Source of the DNA: Azolla caroliniana
Taxonomy: Eukaryota > Plantae > Polypodiophyta
Assembly (NCBI GenBank): GCA_043228905.1
Contig: JBHGNT010000001.1
Location: 34,224,001-34,288,000 of the forward strand
Length of the DNA: 64,000 nucleotides
Direction of reading: 5' to 3'
In this document: piece after piece, positions 37,701-49,421 of the stretch
How the letters are laid out: each line of letters starts with the position of its first letter
How positions within the stretch are numbered: position 1 is the stretch's first letter
Translations under genes and position numbers: made by a program
Notes under the pieces: model-generated
Told to the model about the DNA's origin: nothing
Database searches by the model: none
The model's input: the letters and a program-made list of their open reading frames with translations, nothing else

Positions 37701-38397
37701 GGATCGGACGACGCATAGCTCCGTGACCGGTTACATGCCGGCAGAACTCATGACCGGACAAGCACCGGTAATGCCAACGGAAACCGCAATCGCGACATGG
37801 ACAATACTACCGTGGAAGGAAGAGATGAGCCGGGAAGAACTACTAGCGGTCCGGATACGACAACTGGAGGGAAGACCGAAAGATGTAGCGGAAGCGTCAC
37901 GCCGACAACAAGAAGCACGGTTCCAGAACAAAAGCCGGTTCGACACAAAGCACCGACTACGACCGAGGAGGATTGAAGAAGGAGATTGGGTGATCGTCTA
38001 TGATAGTAGCTTGGACCATCAACATACAACGATGCGGAAATTCGCGAAAAGGTGGTTCGGGCCGTACGAGGTTCGGAAGGTCTTCGACAACGGGACGTAC
38101 CGACTGTCCGAGTTGGATGGAACAATACTACGAGTGCCTATAGCCGGGAAGCGGGTGAAGATTTTCAAGAAGCGGACCGACGACAAACCTTATGTGATCC
38201 AAGTCGAGGCCGACAACGAGGAGCAATCGGACGAAGACCACAATGATGCGGGAAGCGAAGAAAGTGGATTACAACTCATAGTCGACATAAGGGGAGAATC
38301 GGAGGAAGCTTCGGATGAAGACGGATACGAAGAATCAAGAACTTCGGCACATACCGGAGGATGTGCGGGTTTGGAGGGGGCGAGTGTCGTAGTGTAG
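34786..38397 (+). CDS. Gypsy Pol (RT-RNase H-integrase), probably reached by -1 frameshift
   Basis: DLYSGYDQ, FLDDI, VDTSP, ETDC, ADMLSR, HHCC region, ADRGE, NGKIERGH, WFGPY; no chromodomain. The -1 frame is open from GGATTTT at 34786. Confidence 0.92.
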   Translation, partial: GFLKRTVAEWGSDSPRSPDTPHRKKTLGAKQVRIGPDGASTYTAVTGGMKKQYRQVEDKLRSASIIKEDEEIVGVIEEVFYGNTLQRLEELAEDKSQGNRVVPVESVEMYEIVAKMGPDALRKEEAMVSTKYKTVEKKVKPAAGPLPADSEQKKKEVSGDPTLRKSVDIGHAFTDETRKKLRIGGGGFLLQKEEERFREMLEQHGKAFAFTSREIGCVDPRIVEPMVIFTIDHVPWNLKPIPVPRAHIPKVIDLLKEKVAMGILEPSSAPYSNRWFTVPKKNGSLRFIQDLQPVNKVTIRNSGVGPIVDEFAEAFAGRAIYSIGDLYSGYDQFQLAVESRDITTMRTPIGLVRMCTLPQEATNSVAHMMNAMNKVLRDCIPEITMPFLDDIPMKGCAVEEKDETMDDRGCRKFVVDHIHDCEKVLRKLEDVHLTLSGEKSAFGQEEILVVGHLCGPYGRRPSPTKIDAIQAMKEVCESTSEVRRFLGACAFYHIWIPHYAHIADPLYHLLRKGKKFEWKPEHTKAMRKLKKTLWRAESLKKPSYERPIIVTVDTSPTGIGWVINQADSDGSRYPIRFGAKVLNERQRGYAQVKRELWGVVSAIKSDRDYLIGAEVVIETDCLPILGMMRCCTIPDVAMLRWIAYVKSLNPEVRHISGKDNAVADMLSRARFEDDITESDNEEVSEDYFTSEHICRVNVIREFREEEYEGETLMIGKMLQEVEDSTNDKERRAEIRRKKRQVQKFFLENGLIWRTPKRPDGIPLRVVGTKEQRNRIMSEFHESDWAGHRGTWATFVKIKQRYWWKNMYKDVAEFTESCEKCQVYSGVRHRDELHPTFSPTINFKWMVDIVAMPTGIGQKKYLVLAREDLTNQVEGRALRRKTCAAVCQFLLEEVFCRYGCVGQVIADRGELDSDKARGFFAKHGVRLTLTTAYNPEANGKIERGHSPIVKALAKACDGRVKDWPQMLPYALWADRTTHSSVTGYMPAELMTGQAPVMPTETAIATWTILPWKEEMSREELLAVRIRQLEGRPKDVAEASRRQQEARFQNKSRFDTKHRLRPRRIEEGDWVIVYDSSLDHQHTTMRKFAKRWFGPYEVRKVFDNGTYRLSELDGTILRVPIAGKRVKIFKKRTDDKPYVIQVEADNEEQSDEDHNDAGSEESGLQLIVDIRGESEEASDEDGYEESRTSAHTGGCAGLEGASVVV

Positions 38398-41300
38398 GTT
38401 GCACACTATGTGGAAATTATATTTTTGTCCCTCCGGATAGAGAATGGAGTGCTCGGTGAGAACCGGAAGAAAACGGCATACCGGCAAGGAGGAAAACGGC
38501 ATACCGGCAAGGAAGAAAACGGCATACCGGCAAGGAAGAAAACGGATAAAGAGACATAAATGTAAAAAAAGGAAATACTCACTACTGCGCAGGGCGTGAT
38601 TCGAACTCTACACCTCCACGTTGACAAACCCCAACCTTACCATTACATTAAATTATCTTAAGTGTTTTAAATATAGATTTAATATGTATAAGACCTTTAT
38701 TTATGCATACCTTTATTAAAAGGTAAATCGTGTATTTCTTTAATATATGAAAAAGAAAAAACACGAGACACTAAAAATAACTCATGCACATCTAGCGTGC
38801 ATGAGCCCTATACTTAGGAAATAAATAATAATAATAAAAAAGCATCACATGCACATTTAGTGTGCATGAACATATGAGAAAAAGCATGTAGCTATGCTTA
38901 GTCTCTCCCATCACTATATAAGGATGGGGAGCACATTGTAGTTGTTGTTGATTATTTGGATTAAGTATTAATCAATACAAAAATTATTCGTGGGATTCAC
39001 GATTTATACATCTACTTCTCTCTTAACACCCTAAGTACCAATTAATATAGTATACTCGTGTGATTCACGAGTTTCTTGTCTTTCTCTTTGCTATTTACTC
39101 ATAATTAATCTCTATCTCACGAACTTCTTTCTCCTAGTCCAAGACCTCTGTGGTTCCCACCCGACTCACGCAACGATCCGAAGCCGAAAGGCACGACAAC
39201 GGGTCCGGGAAATAACCGGGTGGAGCGATCCGGTCGAGGAGAAGACGGGCTTCGTAGAAGCCGCCTGCCGGAACTACGAGGGTCTGGTAGAAGACAAGCG
39301 AGTGGGGAAAGCCGGAGCGGCCGGGCCCTCAGAACGATACGAGACCCGATTCGGGCAGCGACGGAACGATGCCGGTGGGTCCGGCTTGCAAGATAACCCC
39401 AGGAAGGGCGGATACCGATTGGGGACGGAAATAGAAAGGACCACGGACCTACGAAAGGTCCTAGAAGAACGGATCCTTGACAGCAAAGTGGAGCTGTCAT
39501 TACTGGAGGTGCTAGGGATCGCCAAGGAGTTCCACGACTCCATTGTGGACTTGGTGAAACGGAAGAGGCTGTCGACGGAGACGGATCCGGAAAGACCGGT
39601 AGAGGTGCGGACGACGCACATCGACGACTCGGCACTGGCAGATGAGTGGGCGGAGAGCCACTATTCGAGGCCACACTGGGCCCGAGCGACCACGGAGACC
39701 CCGGTAAAGATCGGAGATGTTCAGGAACCGGTGGTGGCATTGGTGGACCACGGTTCGGAAATAAACCTGATGTCCATGGACTTCTATAAGAAGGGGAAGT
39801 GGCCGATCAACACCAAGCACGGGTGGAAGATACGGGCGGCGACGCGCGTCACCGAGGAACTGCATGGGGCCTGCCCGAACGTGCGAGTCAAGATCGGCGA
39901 CGTCGAGATTGACCAGCACTTCTTCGTACAGGAGACGTCCACGCACCCGGTCATATTAGGGGAACCATACATCACGACGGCGCGGATGGAGACCAAAGTG
40001 CTGGACAACGGTTCAGCCTACGCGAGGGTCAAAAGCCAGGACGGGCGCCATTCGGTCCAATTTCTGACGGTGCGACCGAACCACGAGCGGAACCGCGAAT
40101 CCCTCGGTGGCGAGAACCGGGAGGATTTTTAGAGAGGGCTGCCAAGGCGTGGGGCCGAGACAGTCCGGACACTCGGGAAAGACCCCATAGCTGTACGATA
40201 GAACCGAAACCGAAGAAACCTTGTACGATAGGCAGGAAAATTTGCTTCTCCGACGACGGGGGATGTATGATAGTCGGCATCGTTGGCCGAGAAAGGGCAA
40301 GGGCGGAGGAGCGACTTCGAGCGTGCGGAGTTCTCGGCCCGGACGAGGAAATCAGCGGAGCCGTGGAGGCGGTCTCCTTCGACGACACCTTGGGGATGCT
40401 GAGGAAGGTAGCCGGAGAAGACCTTAACGAAGACCGGACGATACCGGTATGTTCCGAAGAGATGTACGAAGTCATCGCGGACTTCGGTCAAGGGCTCGAG
40501 TCAGATCGGATGGCCCGAGTTAGCACGAAGTACAAGACTGTGGATCGGAAGGTAAGGCCGGTCGCGGCACCCTTACCGGAGGGCAGCGAGTCCCGAATCA
40601 GAGGGGTGGCGTCGGACCCCAGTTTACGAGGTCCGGCCTGCATAGGACACACCTTCACCGACAAGACGCTCCGGGAGCTCAAGATCGGAGGGGGCGGGTT
40701 CCTACTGCCGGCGGAGGAAGACCGGTTTCGGAGAATGCTCGGAAGGCACGGGAAAGCCTTCGCATTCTCGCCGGAAGAGATCGGGTGCGTAGACCCGACA
40801 ATCGTGGAGACGATGGTGATATTCACGGTACCGCATGTGCCGTGGAATCTCAAGCCGATTCCGGTACCGAGAGCTCACATCCCGAAGTTGATGGAGCTAT
40901 TGAGGCAGAAAGTCGATATGGGTATTCTCGAACTGTCGAGCGCGCCATACTCGAACCGATGGTTTACCGTACCAAAGAAAAACGGAACATTGCGCTTCAT
41001 TCAGGACCTGCAGCCGGTCAACAGAGTGACCATCCGGAACGCAGGAATCGGACCGACCATAGACGAGTTCGCGGAGGCCTTCGCCGGAAGGTCGATTTAC
41101 TCTGTCGGTGATCTGTACTCGGGGTACGACCAATTCCAGCTAGCCGTAGAGAGCAGAGACATTACGACGATGCGAACTCCCCTCGGCCTAGTGCGAATGT
41201 GTACCCTGCAATGAACAAAGTACTGAGGGATTGCATCCCGGACATCACCATGCTGTTTCTAGACGACATCCCTATCAAGGGGTGCCCGGTGGAAGAGAAG

Positions 41301-44300
41301 GACGAGACACTCGGGTCGGACGGATGCCGGCGATTCGTGGCAACACACATCGACGACTGCGAGAGGGTGCTACAAAGGCTAGAGGATGCGAGGCTCACCT
41401 TCTCCGGGGAGAAATCGGCCTTCGGGCAATCGGAAATCCTGGTGGTCGGACACCTATGTGGACCATATGGCCGAAAGCCGTCTCCGGCAAAGGTAGAAGC
41501 CATCTCCGTGATGAAGACCGACTGTAGCTCGGTTACGGAAGTTCGGAGGTTCCTGGGGGCATGCGCATTCTACCACATATGGATCCCGCATTACGCCCAC
41601 ATTGCGGAGCCACTAAACGGGTTGCTGAAGAAGGGGCGAAGATTCGAGTGGCGAGACGAGCACACGGAGTCGGTCCGGAAGCTGAAGGAAGCTCTTGCGG
41701 CAACACCGGCGCTCCGGAAGGCCGTCTACGAGAAGGGTACCCCGGTATACATAACAGTGGATACGAGCCCGACCGGGATCGGATGGGTCGTCAACCAAGA
41801 AGACGAGGACGGCACCCGGTTCCCGATCCGATTCGGCGCTAAGGTCCTCAGTGAGCGACAACGAGGGTACGCCCAGGTTAAACGCGAACTCTGGGTATCG
41901 TTTCGGCAGTAAAGGCCGACAAAGACTACCTGATCGGGACGGAAGTGATTATCGAGACGGATTGCCTACCAATTCTCGGCATGGTTTCCGGATGCGCGAC
42001 ACCGGACCTGGCGATGCTCAGGTGGATAGCGTACATCAAGTCCCTAGACCCGGAAATACGACACATTTCCGGAAAGGACAACGCCATGGCCGACATGCTT
42101 TCGAGGGCAAGGTTTGATGACGAGGGCGGCATGGTTTCGGAGGACGAAGAAGTCGGCGTGGACTTCTTCAAGGCGGCGTATGTGACGACCGATGGGGCAA
42201 GCACTCCGGCACTTAACGACTTCGACGAGAGCAAGTACGACGGCGAGTGGCTCCAGATCGGTGGATTTTTGAGGACGATGACGCCGGATGCATCGTGGAA
42301 GAAGGACGAGGCCAACCGGATCCGGAAGAAAGCATACCGATTCTTTCTCCAGGACGGATACTTATGGAAGCACCCGAAGAAGAGGAACGACGTCCCGCTC
42401 CGGGTGGTGGCAATGAAGGGAGAACAGGAGGAGCTGCTGACAGCCTACCACGACAGCCCTTGGGCTGGACACCGTGGAACGTGGGCCACGTTCGAGAAGA
42501 TAAAGGGGAAGTACTGGTGGCCGGGACTGTACCGGGACGTGCATCGGTTCGTGACAACTTGCGAGAGCTGTCAGATGCACTCCATAGTCCGACATCGGGA
42601 CGAGCTTCACCCTACGTACCCTCCGACCATCCACTTCAAATGGATGGTAGATCTGGTGACGATGCCGATGGGAGTAGGACAGATGCGGTATCTGGTCCTG
42701 GCTCGGGAAGATCTGACCAACCAGGTAGAAGGCCGACACCTTCAGAACAAAACGACCACGACCGTATGTCGGTTCCTGATTGAGGACGTGATATGCCGGT
42801 ACGGGTGGGTCGGGAAGATCGTGGCTGATCGCGGGGAGCTGGACGCCGAAGAGGCCGAGGAGCTGTTCGACCGGCTAGGAGTCAAGCTCTCGCTTACCAC
42901 TGCGTACAATCCGAAGGCGAATGGAAAGGTGGAGCGCGGACACGGACCAATCGTCAAGGCGTTAGTTCGGGCATGCAAAGGTCAAGTCGGAAACTGGCCG
43001 CAGCTGCTGCCTTGCGCGTTGTGGGCTGACCGAACTACGCACAGTTCGGTAACCGGATTCATGCCGGCCGAGCTCATGTTTGGGCAGAAGCCGATCATGC
43101 CGATGGAATGTACGATCTCCTCATGGGCAACCGTGGACTGGACAGACGAGATGAGCCGGGAGGAACTGTTGACGACGCGCATACGACAGCTCGAGCGAAG
43201 ACCGGAGGACGTGGAGAAGGCTGCGGAAAAGCTTCGGGTGGCCAGGACGAGGAACAAAGCCCGGTTCGACCGGACGCACCGGCTCCGACCGAAGAAGATC
43301 GAGGAAGGCGACTGGGTGCTAGTCTACGACAGCAGCCTCGACAACCAGCACCGAGCGACATGGAAGTTCGCAAGAAGGTGGTTCGGGCCTTACGTGGTAC
43401 AAAGCACCAACGACAACGGGACGTACCATCTGGCGGAACTCGATGGCACAAGAATGGCGATACCGGTAGCTGGGAAGCGGATCAAAGCGTTCAAGAAGCG
43501 TCACGACGACGAGCCGGATCCGGTTAACCTGGACCGCGACGACGAAGGATCCGAAACCGAAGAAGAACCGACGGGCGGAGAATGAAGGCTGGGCCGGTTT
43601 TCTCTGTCCCAACATAATTTGGCGCATGCCGGTGGATGCGCGGTTAGGTGGGGGCGGATGTCGTGAAGAAAACCGTCCACGAGCGGAATCGGTGCACAGG
43701 AGCGTAGGAACCGGCTCTTCTCGAATGTTGTCCATAGAAGATCCTAGGCGGGTAGATTTAGTAGGTAGGAAGTAAAGGGGGGAAACGACTCCTTCCTTGC
43801 CTATAAAAGGAGGGAGACGAGGAGGGGCGAAGGGATTGCGGAGAGTCGAGGACGAAGTGCTCTCAGTTTGCGTGCGAAGGCTTCTCTCTCTCTCTCTGGT
43901 TTGCAAACGCCATAGCTTCCTTCTGTGTAGGTTTCGGGAGGCTCGCGCTGCTCTGAGGAATGCCCGAGTGCTTCCGGCAGCACCTCCAACCTACTCCTTC
44001 CTCTCTGTGTGTTTACGAGCAGGTATCGGCATCTATTCGCCGGCCTGTTCGGTTGTAACCGACTTCGTGTTTTGTTGTCTTCGTGTTCTTGTTGTTTATC
44101 TTTGTTAATACATACATACGTTTGTGTCTCCCTGTGTCGCTGTCCCACTCGCGTCTTTGTGTCGAAGGGCCGTGTCCCTGTGAATCTACTCTCGCACGTA
44201 GTGGGCATCTTCTCCTTTCTCTCTTGCTCTTTGGTACAGGACCCCCGAGGTCCCGCCTCATTCCACGCATCCGCGAGGAATACCTCGACACCGTCTCGCA

Positions 44301-44759
44301 AGAAGAACTTGTAGGCCTTCTTTCGGATTCCGTCTTCCTTCGTCCACGTTGTATCTGCCATCATCATGCTCATGAACTGTCCTATCCGAATACACTCATC
44401 GTCGTAACTATCTTTGTTGAACTCGTGCAGGGTTGGAGTGCTTCACCTATTCGCCGACAATCGAGCCGACTCAAAGAAGTCCACACCGACTTCTTCATCT
44501 TCCAATACCATGTCGTCTTCGTCATTATACCCTTCACTTGATAGCATGTCGGCCATGACATTGTCTTTTTCGGTGATGTGCCATATCTTTGTATTGAGGG
44601 ACTTAATGTATGGGATCCACCTTAGCATCGCCAGGTTCAGAGTCGCGCATCCGGAAACCGTACCGAGAATCGGCAGGCTTTTCGTCTCGATTGTCACTTC
44701 GGCCCCAATCAAGTAATTTTTGTTGACCTTTACTGCCGAAACAATACCCAATAGTTCGT

Positions 44760-47629
44760 GATCTTCTATGTACTACATAAGACGCACGTGCATGAAGAGC
44801 CGGTTCCTACGCTCCGATGCACCGATTCCGCTTGTGGATGGTTTTCTTCACGACATCCGCCCCCACCTAACCGCGCATCCACTGGCATGCGCCAAATTGA
44901 GTTGGGATGGAGAAAACCGGTCCAGCCTTCATTCCCCGCCCGTTGGTTCTTCCTCGGTTTCGGATCGTTCGTCGTCGTGGTCCAGGTTAACCGGATCCGG
45001 CTCGTCGTCGTGACGCTTCTTGAACGCTTTGATCCGCTTCCCAGCTACCGGTATCGCCATTCTCGTGCCGTCGAGCTCCACCTGATGGTACGTCCTGTTG
45101 TCGTTGGCGCTTTGTACCACGTAAGGCCCGAACCACCTTCTTGCGAACTTCCGTGTCGTTCGGTGCTGGTTGTCGAGGCTGCTGTCGTAGACTAGCACCT
45201 AGTCGCCTTCCTCGATCTTCTTTGGTCGGAGCCGGTGCGTCCGGTCGAACCGGGCTTTGTTCCTCGTCCTTGCCACCCGAAGCTTTCCCGCAGCCTGCTC
45301 CACGTCCTTCGGTCTTCGCTCGAGCTGTCGTATGCGCGCCGCCAACAGTTCCTCCCGGCTCATCTCGTCTTTCCAGTCCACGGTTGCCCATGAGGAGATC
45401 GTACGTTCCATCGGCATGATCGGCTTCTGCCCAAACATGAGCTCTGCCGTCATGAATCCGGTTACTGAACTGTGCGTAGTTCGGTCCGCCCACAACGCGT
45501 AAGGCAACAGCCGCGGCCAGTTCCCGACTTGACCTCCGCATGCCCGAACTAACACCTTGACGATCGGTCCGTGTCCGTGCTCCACCTTCCCATTCGCCTC
45601 CGGATTGTACGCATTGGTAAGCGAGAGCTTGACTCCTAGCCGGTCAAACAGCTCCTCGGCCTCTTCGGCATCCAACTCCCCGCGATCAACCACGATCTTC
45701 CCGACGCACCCGTACCGGCATATCACGTCCTCGATCAAGAACCGACATACGGCCGCGGTCGTTTTGTTCTGAAGGGCTCGGCCTTCCACCTGGTTATCTT
45801 TTCTCAGCCGTGCGCCGGCGAGGCCTTCCAGCATTGCCGACCAGAATCCGTCTTTGCTCTCCTTTCGGGCCTCGCTGCCCCCGACCTAAATACCGGCCGA
45901 CGCCGAGTAGTGGATGGCCTCCACGTGTCGGGCCGCTGCCTCTTCCATCAGTCTCTTCATACCTCCTCGCCCGTCGTTCCGGTTTAGGGCCCTTCTGGTA
46001 TCGCCGGCGTGCACCCGGCCTTCCCATAGGTACACCACCCGGCTCCTCAACGCCTCTGCGAAATCGCCGCAGTCCTTCCGAATGTGGCCGACCTCGTCAC
46101 ACCACATGCACCTGTTCCCTGCTACCGGTCGTCGGTCACGCGCCGGTTCGCCGCCTTCCCTTCGAGTCTGGGCGATTTGGAGATCCTTTATCGCCCGCGT
46201 CAACTCCTCCAGCGATGCTCCTCCGGACGAGTCATTGACCATGCCGGTCGGAGCCGACCCGGTCTTGAGCCACTCCCGGGCTTCTGCCCTTCGCCCTTGC
46301 GGTGCCGGTTCAAGCCTCCTTGCTGTGACAGAGCCCGCACCGGCCGCCCCGTTATCAGCCCATTCTCGCTGTTTGTCGAAACGGCCACAGACTCTCTTAA
46401 CCGCAGCCCAGTCGGTCGTCAGCCCGTCTTCGGTTTCCAGCAAGGAGCCGACTTGATCCCGGTCCCACTCGTCCACCGACTTGACGAACAGTAGGACCCG
46501 ACTCGTATCCAAAATGGTTTGGTCAAGCGCCGAAAAGTGCGCAAAGCGTTCTTCAAACTCCCGGAGGAGTGCCGACGCGTTTCTTCCCTTGCCGGGGGAC
46601 TCCACCCATTCCACGAAGTCCCGTTTCGAAAGCCGGAGCGCGTCGTCCAACTCGTATTTTTCTAGGAGTCGGCCTTCGAACTCCTCCAAGGTACGGCTCT
46701 CCGCCCGTACCTCGAGCACCTCCGCATGGATGGTCGGCATCACCACTCGAGGGAACCCGGCAAGACGCCTCTCTTCCGGAATGTCCCGCATCAGCATTTC
46801 TGCCCCGTAGGACGCCAAATACTTCGTGGCATCCTTTCCACTGAACCGGCCGATCGTACCGACGACCGCCTCAATGGCTCTGTCGAGGGCACCGGTGCCC
46901 TTGCGTGCGCTCAATATCCGATCCACGGCCGAAGCCATGGCCTCTGCAAGATCCGACCCCCTCATCTTCTGCTCTTCTGCCGCCTCTTTCACGTCGGGTT
47001 CACCAAGATGTCGAGGTATTCCTCGCGGATGCGTGGAATGAGGCGGGGCCTCGGGGGTCTTGTACCGAAGAGCAAGAGACAAAGGAGAAGGGAAGGGACC
47101 CACTACGAGTGGGCGTAGATTCACAGGGACACGACCCTTCGACATAAAGACGCGAGTGGGGCACGACGCAGAGAGACACGAATGTATGTATATATATATT
47201 AACAAGGACAAACAACAAGAAGCACGAAGTCGGTTACAACCGAACAGGCCAGCGAACAGATGTCGATGCCTGTTCGTAAACGCTCAGAAAGAAAGGAGTA
47301 GGTGGGAGGTGCTGCCGGAAGCACTCGGGCATTCCTCAGAGCAGCGCGAGCCTCCCCGAAACCCTGCACAGAAAGAAGCTACGGAGTATGGAAGAGAGAG
47401 AAGCCTTCGGTCCACAACCCGACAACACTTCGTCCTCTCTCCGCGCGATCCTTCACTCCTCCTTGTCTCCCTCCTTTTATAGGCAAGAAAGGAGCCGTTT
47501 CCCATTAACTACCTACCGGATCTACCTACCGGAGATCTTCTATGTACTACATAAGACGCACGTGCATGAAGAGCCGGTTCCTACGCTCCGGTGCACCGAT
47601 TCCGCTTGTGGACGGTTTTCTTCACGACA
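44760..47629 (-). mobile_element. Internally deleted gypsy element D (family of B)
   Basis: 5' LTR 47629-47009; PBS 47005-46988. gag is fused directly to the integrase core at ~45796. PPT present; only ~96 bp of the 3' LTR remain (44855-44760). Confidence 0.9.
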
Positions 47630-47962
47630 GCGTATCATCGCTGCCGCTCACTAAGCAGCTTTGCACCAAATGGGACGACGAACCGCGTTCTGGTTTTACC
47701 CTCCTGGTTGACTACCCATCCGATTCCGATCAGACTCGTGTCAATCGTGATGAAAATCAAAGCGTCCTTTCAGTATACTGATTTCCAGAGAGCCAGTGCC
47801 GTTGTCAGCATCCCCTTTAGCCTTTGAACTGCCTCCGAGTGCTCTTCTCTCCATTCGAACTTCCGCCCCTTCTTCAACAATCCGTTGTTGTGAAGATTTT
47901 CGTCCATAGGCGGAAACCGGGGTGGAAAGGGCAAGTCGGTCGTGTGCAACATGTGCACACGT

Positions 47963-49421
47963 TGTCGCGAAGTTTTGCGCGTGCGTGTAGAAGGGCGGGA
48001 CCACAGGGGTCTTGGACTAGGGAGTGATGGAGCGTAGGAAGTCGTGATTCACCATTTCCGGGACGCCGGAAACAACCCAAAAGGAGGGAGAGAAGAACAC
48101 GCGCGCACCCCTGGCCGACACACGCACACACATAGTGCCGATCCCACTCACGCTTATGTACAGAAACAGAAGTAAGGAAACACTAAAACACCCACGCAGA
48201 CACCAAAAACGCAGAATCTTCCATAGGTATATTTTGACAGGAATGCACGCTCCCTTCCTACTACACTCGGCCACAACCGAGTCTAAAACACGAACACAGA
48301 AAACGGATAATGAAAAACACACGACACAAAGGAGAGAGGAGTACACAGGATGTTTAACGTGGAAAACCCTGAGAGGGAAAAACCACGGGAGTCCACAGAC
48401 TCCAAACTATCACTATATCACAATGATTACAACAGTGAGCTCACGGAGGCAACGACCTCGTGCTCATGATCTTCGCCATAGGCGGCGGTTACAACAGAGG
48501 CAACGACCTCTTCCTCTCTCTCTCTCTCTCTGTACACTGTTACGCGCTCTCTCGTCTTGCACCAACAAGAATGACAAAACCTAATCAGTTTGCCCTAAGT
48601 CATATTTATACTAATATGACTTTTAAGCTATTTACAAATATAGTCCCGATGGACTCTCAGAAACATATTTACGAATATGTCCCTTCATCTGGTGAGCACT
48701 CCTCACCGGGCCTGCATCATTCGGTGCTTGCCGGGCACACTTCATCCGGTTCTCATCGGGTCTTCCGTTGCGGGGTACTTGTCATCCGGTTCTCACTGGG
48801 TCTTCCGTAGCCGGGTACTCCACATTCGGTTCTCACCGGGTCTTCCGTTGCCGGGTACTCCACATCCGGTTCTCACCGGGTCTTCCGTAGCCGGGTACTC
48901 CACATCCGGTTCGCTCATCAGTACTGTTCTTCTCACTTCCCATCCGGAGGGACCTATTTCCTAACATATTTACAAGAAGCAAGATACAACAGTCGTCTAC
49001 TACCAAGCCGCCGATCGGGGAGCTCACGGGCTCGTCGCGCCGAGCGGGGTCTTGCACAGCAGACGGGGCAGATACCGAACCTGCAGATATCAAGCCAGAC
49101 TCATAGAGTGACAAAGAAGAAGCAGAGGAGGAGAAGAAGAAGAAAACCTAAAAGAAGAGAGAGAGAGGAAGAGAGAACGTCTCTCCATCTAACGGTATAC
49201 CCTACTAATACAAAATGGGCAACCCCTTCGTAAAGGGGCGCTCCCTTCCTTTTATAGAACAAGGAGAGGGATGCGTTACAATGTGGGATAACCCCGACTT
49301 AACTACTGTTCGGCGCCCTCGTTATTCACACTAAATGTACAAGGGTGACTGCACCTGCTGCACCCCGCCAATGTAGCCAACATTTCTCGATTTTTGCCTT
49401 TGGCCGAAATTCTTCACGACA
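47963..49421 (-). mobile_element. Gypsy solo LTR nested in the LTR of element E
   Basis: Ends tgtcgcgaag / cttcacgaca; TSD ACGT at 47959-62 and 49422-25. Confidence 0.85.
48235..48966 (-). mobile_element. Copia solo LTR (family of 26680-27382)
   Basis: Reverse-complement similarity to 26680-27382; TSD TATTT at 48230-34 and 48967-71. Confidence 0.9.

Larger units (their letters stand above)
31834..39198 (+). mobile_element. Full-length, apparently intact Ty3/gypsy element C
   Basis: LTRs 31834-32717 and 38385-39198 are near-identical apart from the tandem-repeat count. TSD ACGG at 31830-33 and 39199-202. PBS tggtgaacccgacgtgaa at 32722 is complementary to the plant tRNA-Trp 3' end. PPT at ~38373-84. 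Confidence 0.97.
29966..44290 (+). mobile_element. Ty3/gypsy element B (non-chromovirus, tRNA-Trp PBS), degenerate, with element C nested in gag
   Basis: LTRs 29966-30597 and 43659-44290 (632 bp, ~10 differences). TSD CCGT. PBS at 30601. gag ~30641-31833 plus 39203-40132 (PR motif LVDHGSE). pol 40123-43585 with a deletion near 41208 and a frameshift near 41895. Confidence 0.95.
12260..47885 (-). mobile_element. Old degenerate Ty3/gypsy element A (RNase H-integrase-3' LTR), split into four pieces by later insertions
   Basis: Pieces ~12260-13384, 29686-29965, 44295-44759 and 47634-47885 rejoin into one pol (LLKKGRKFEW...GIVSAVK...HESHW..HRG...LHPTYPPTIHFK|WMVNLVTMP...WFGPY). PPT at ~12369-12381. 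The 3' LTR starts at 12368; its far end is uncertain. Confidence 0.8.

Noticed and set aside
20202-47654. Many long antisense or alternate-frame ORFs over the retroelements (e.g. 35025-35957, 23709-24344, 31367-32146)
   Set aside because: Shadow ORFs expected from GC-rich gag/pol codon usage and LTR tandem repeats; no independent motifs.
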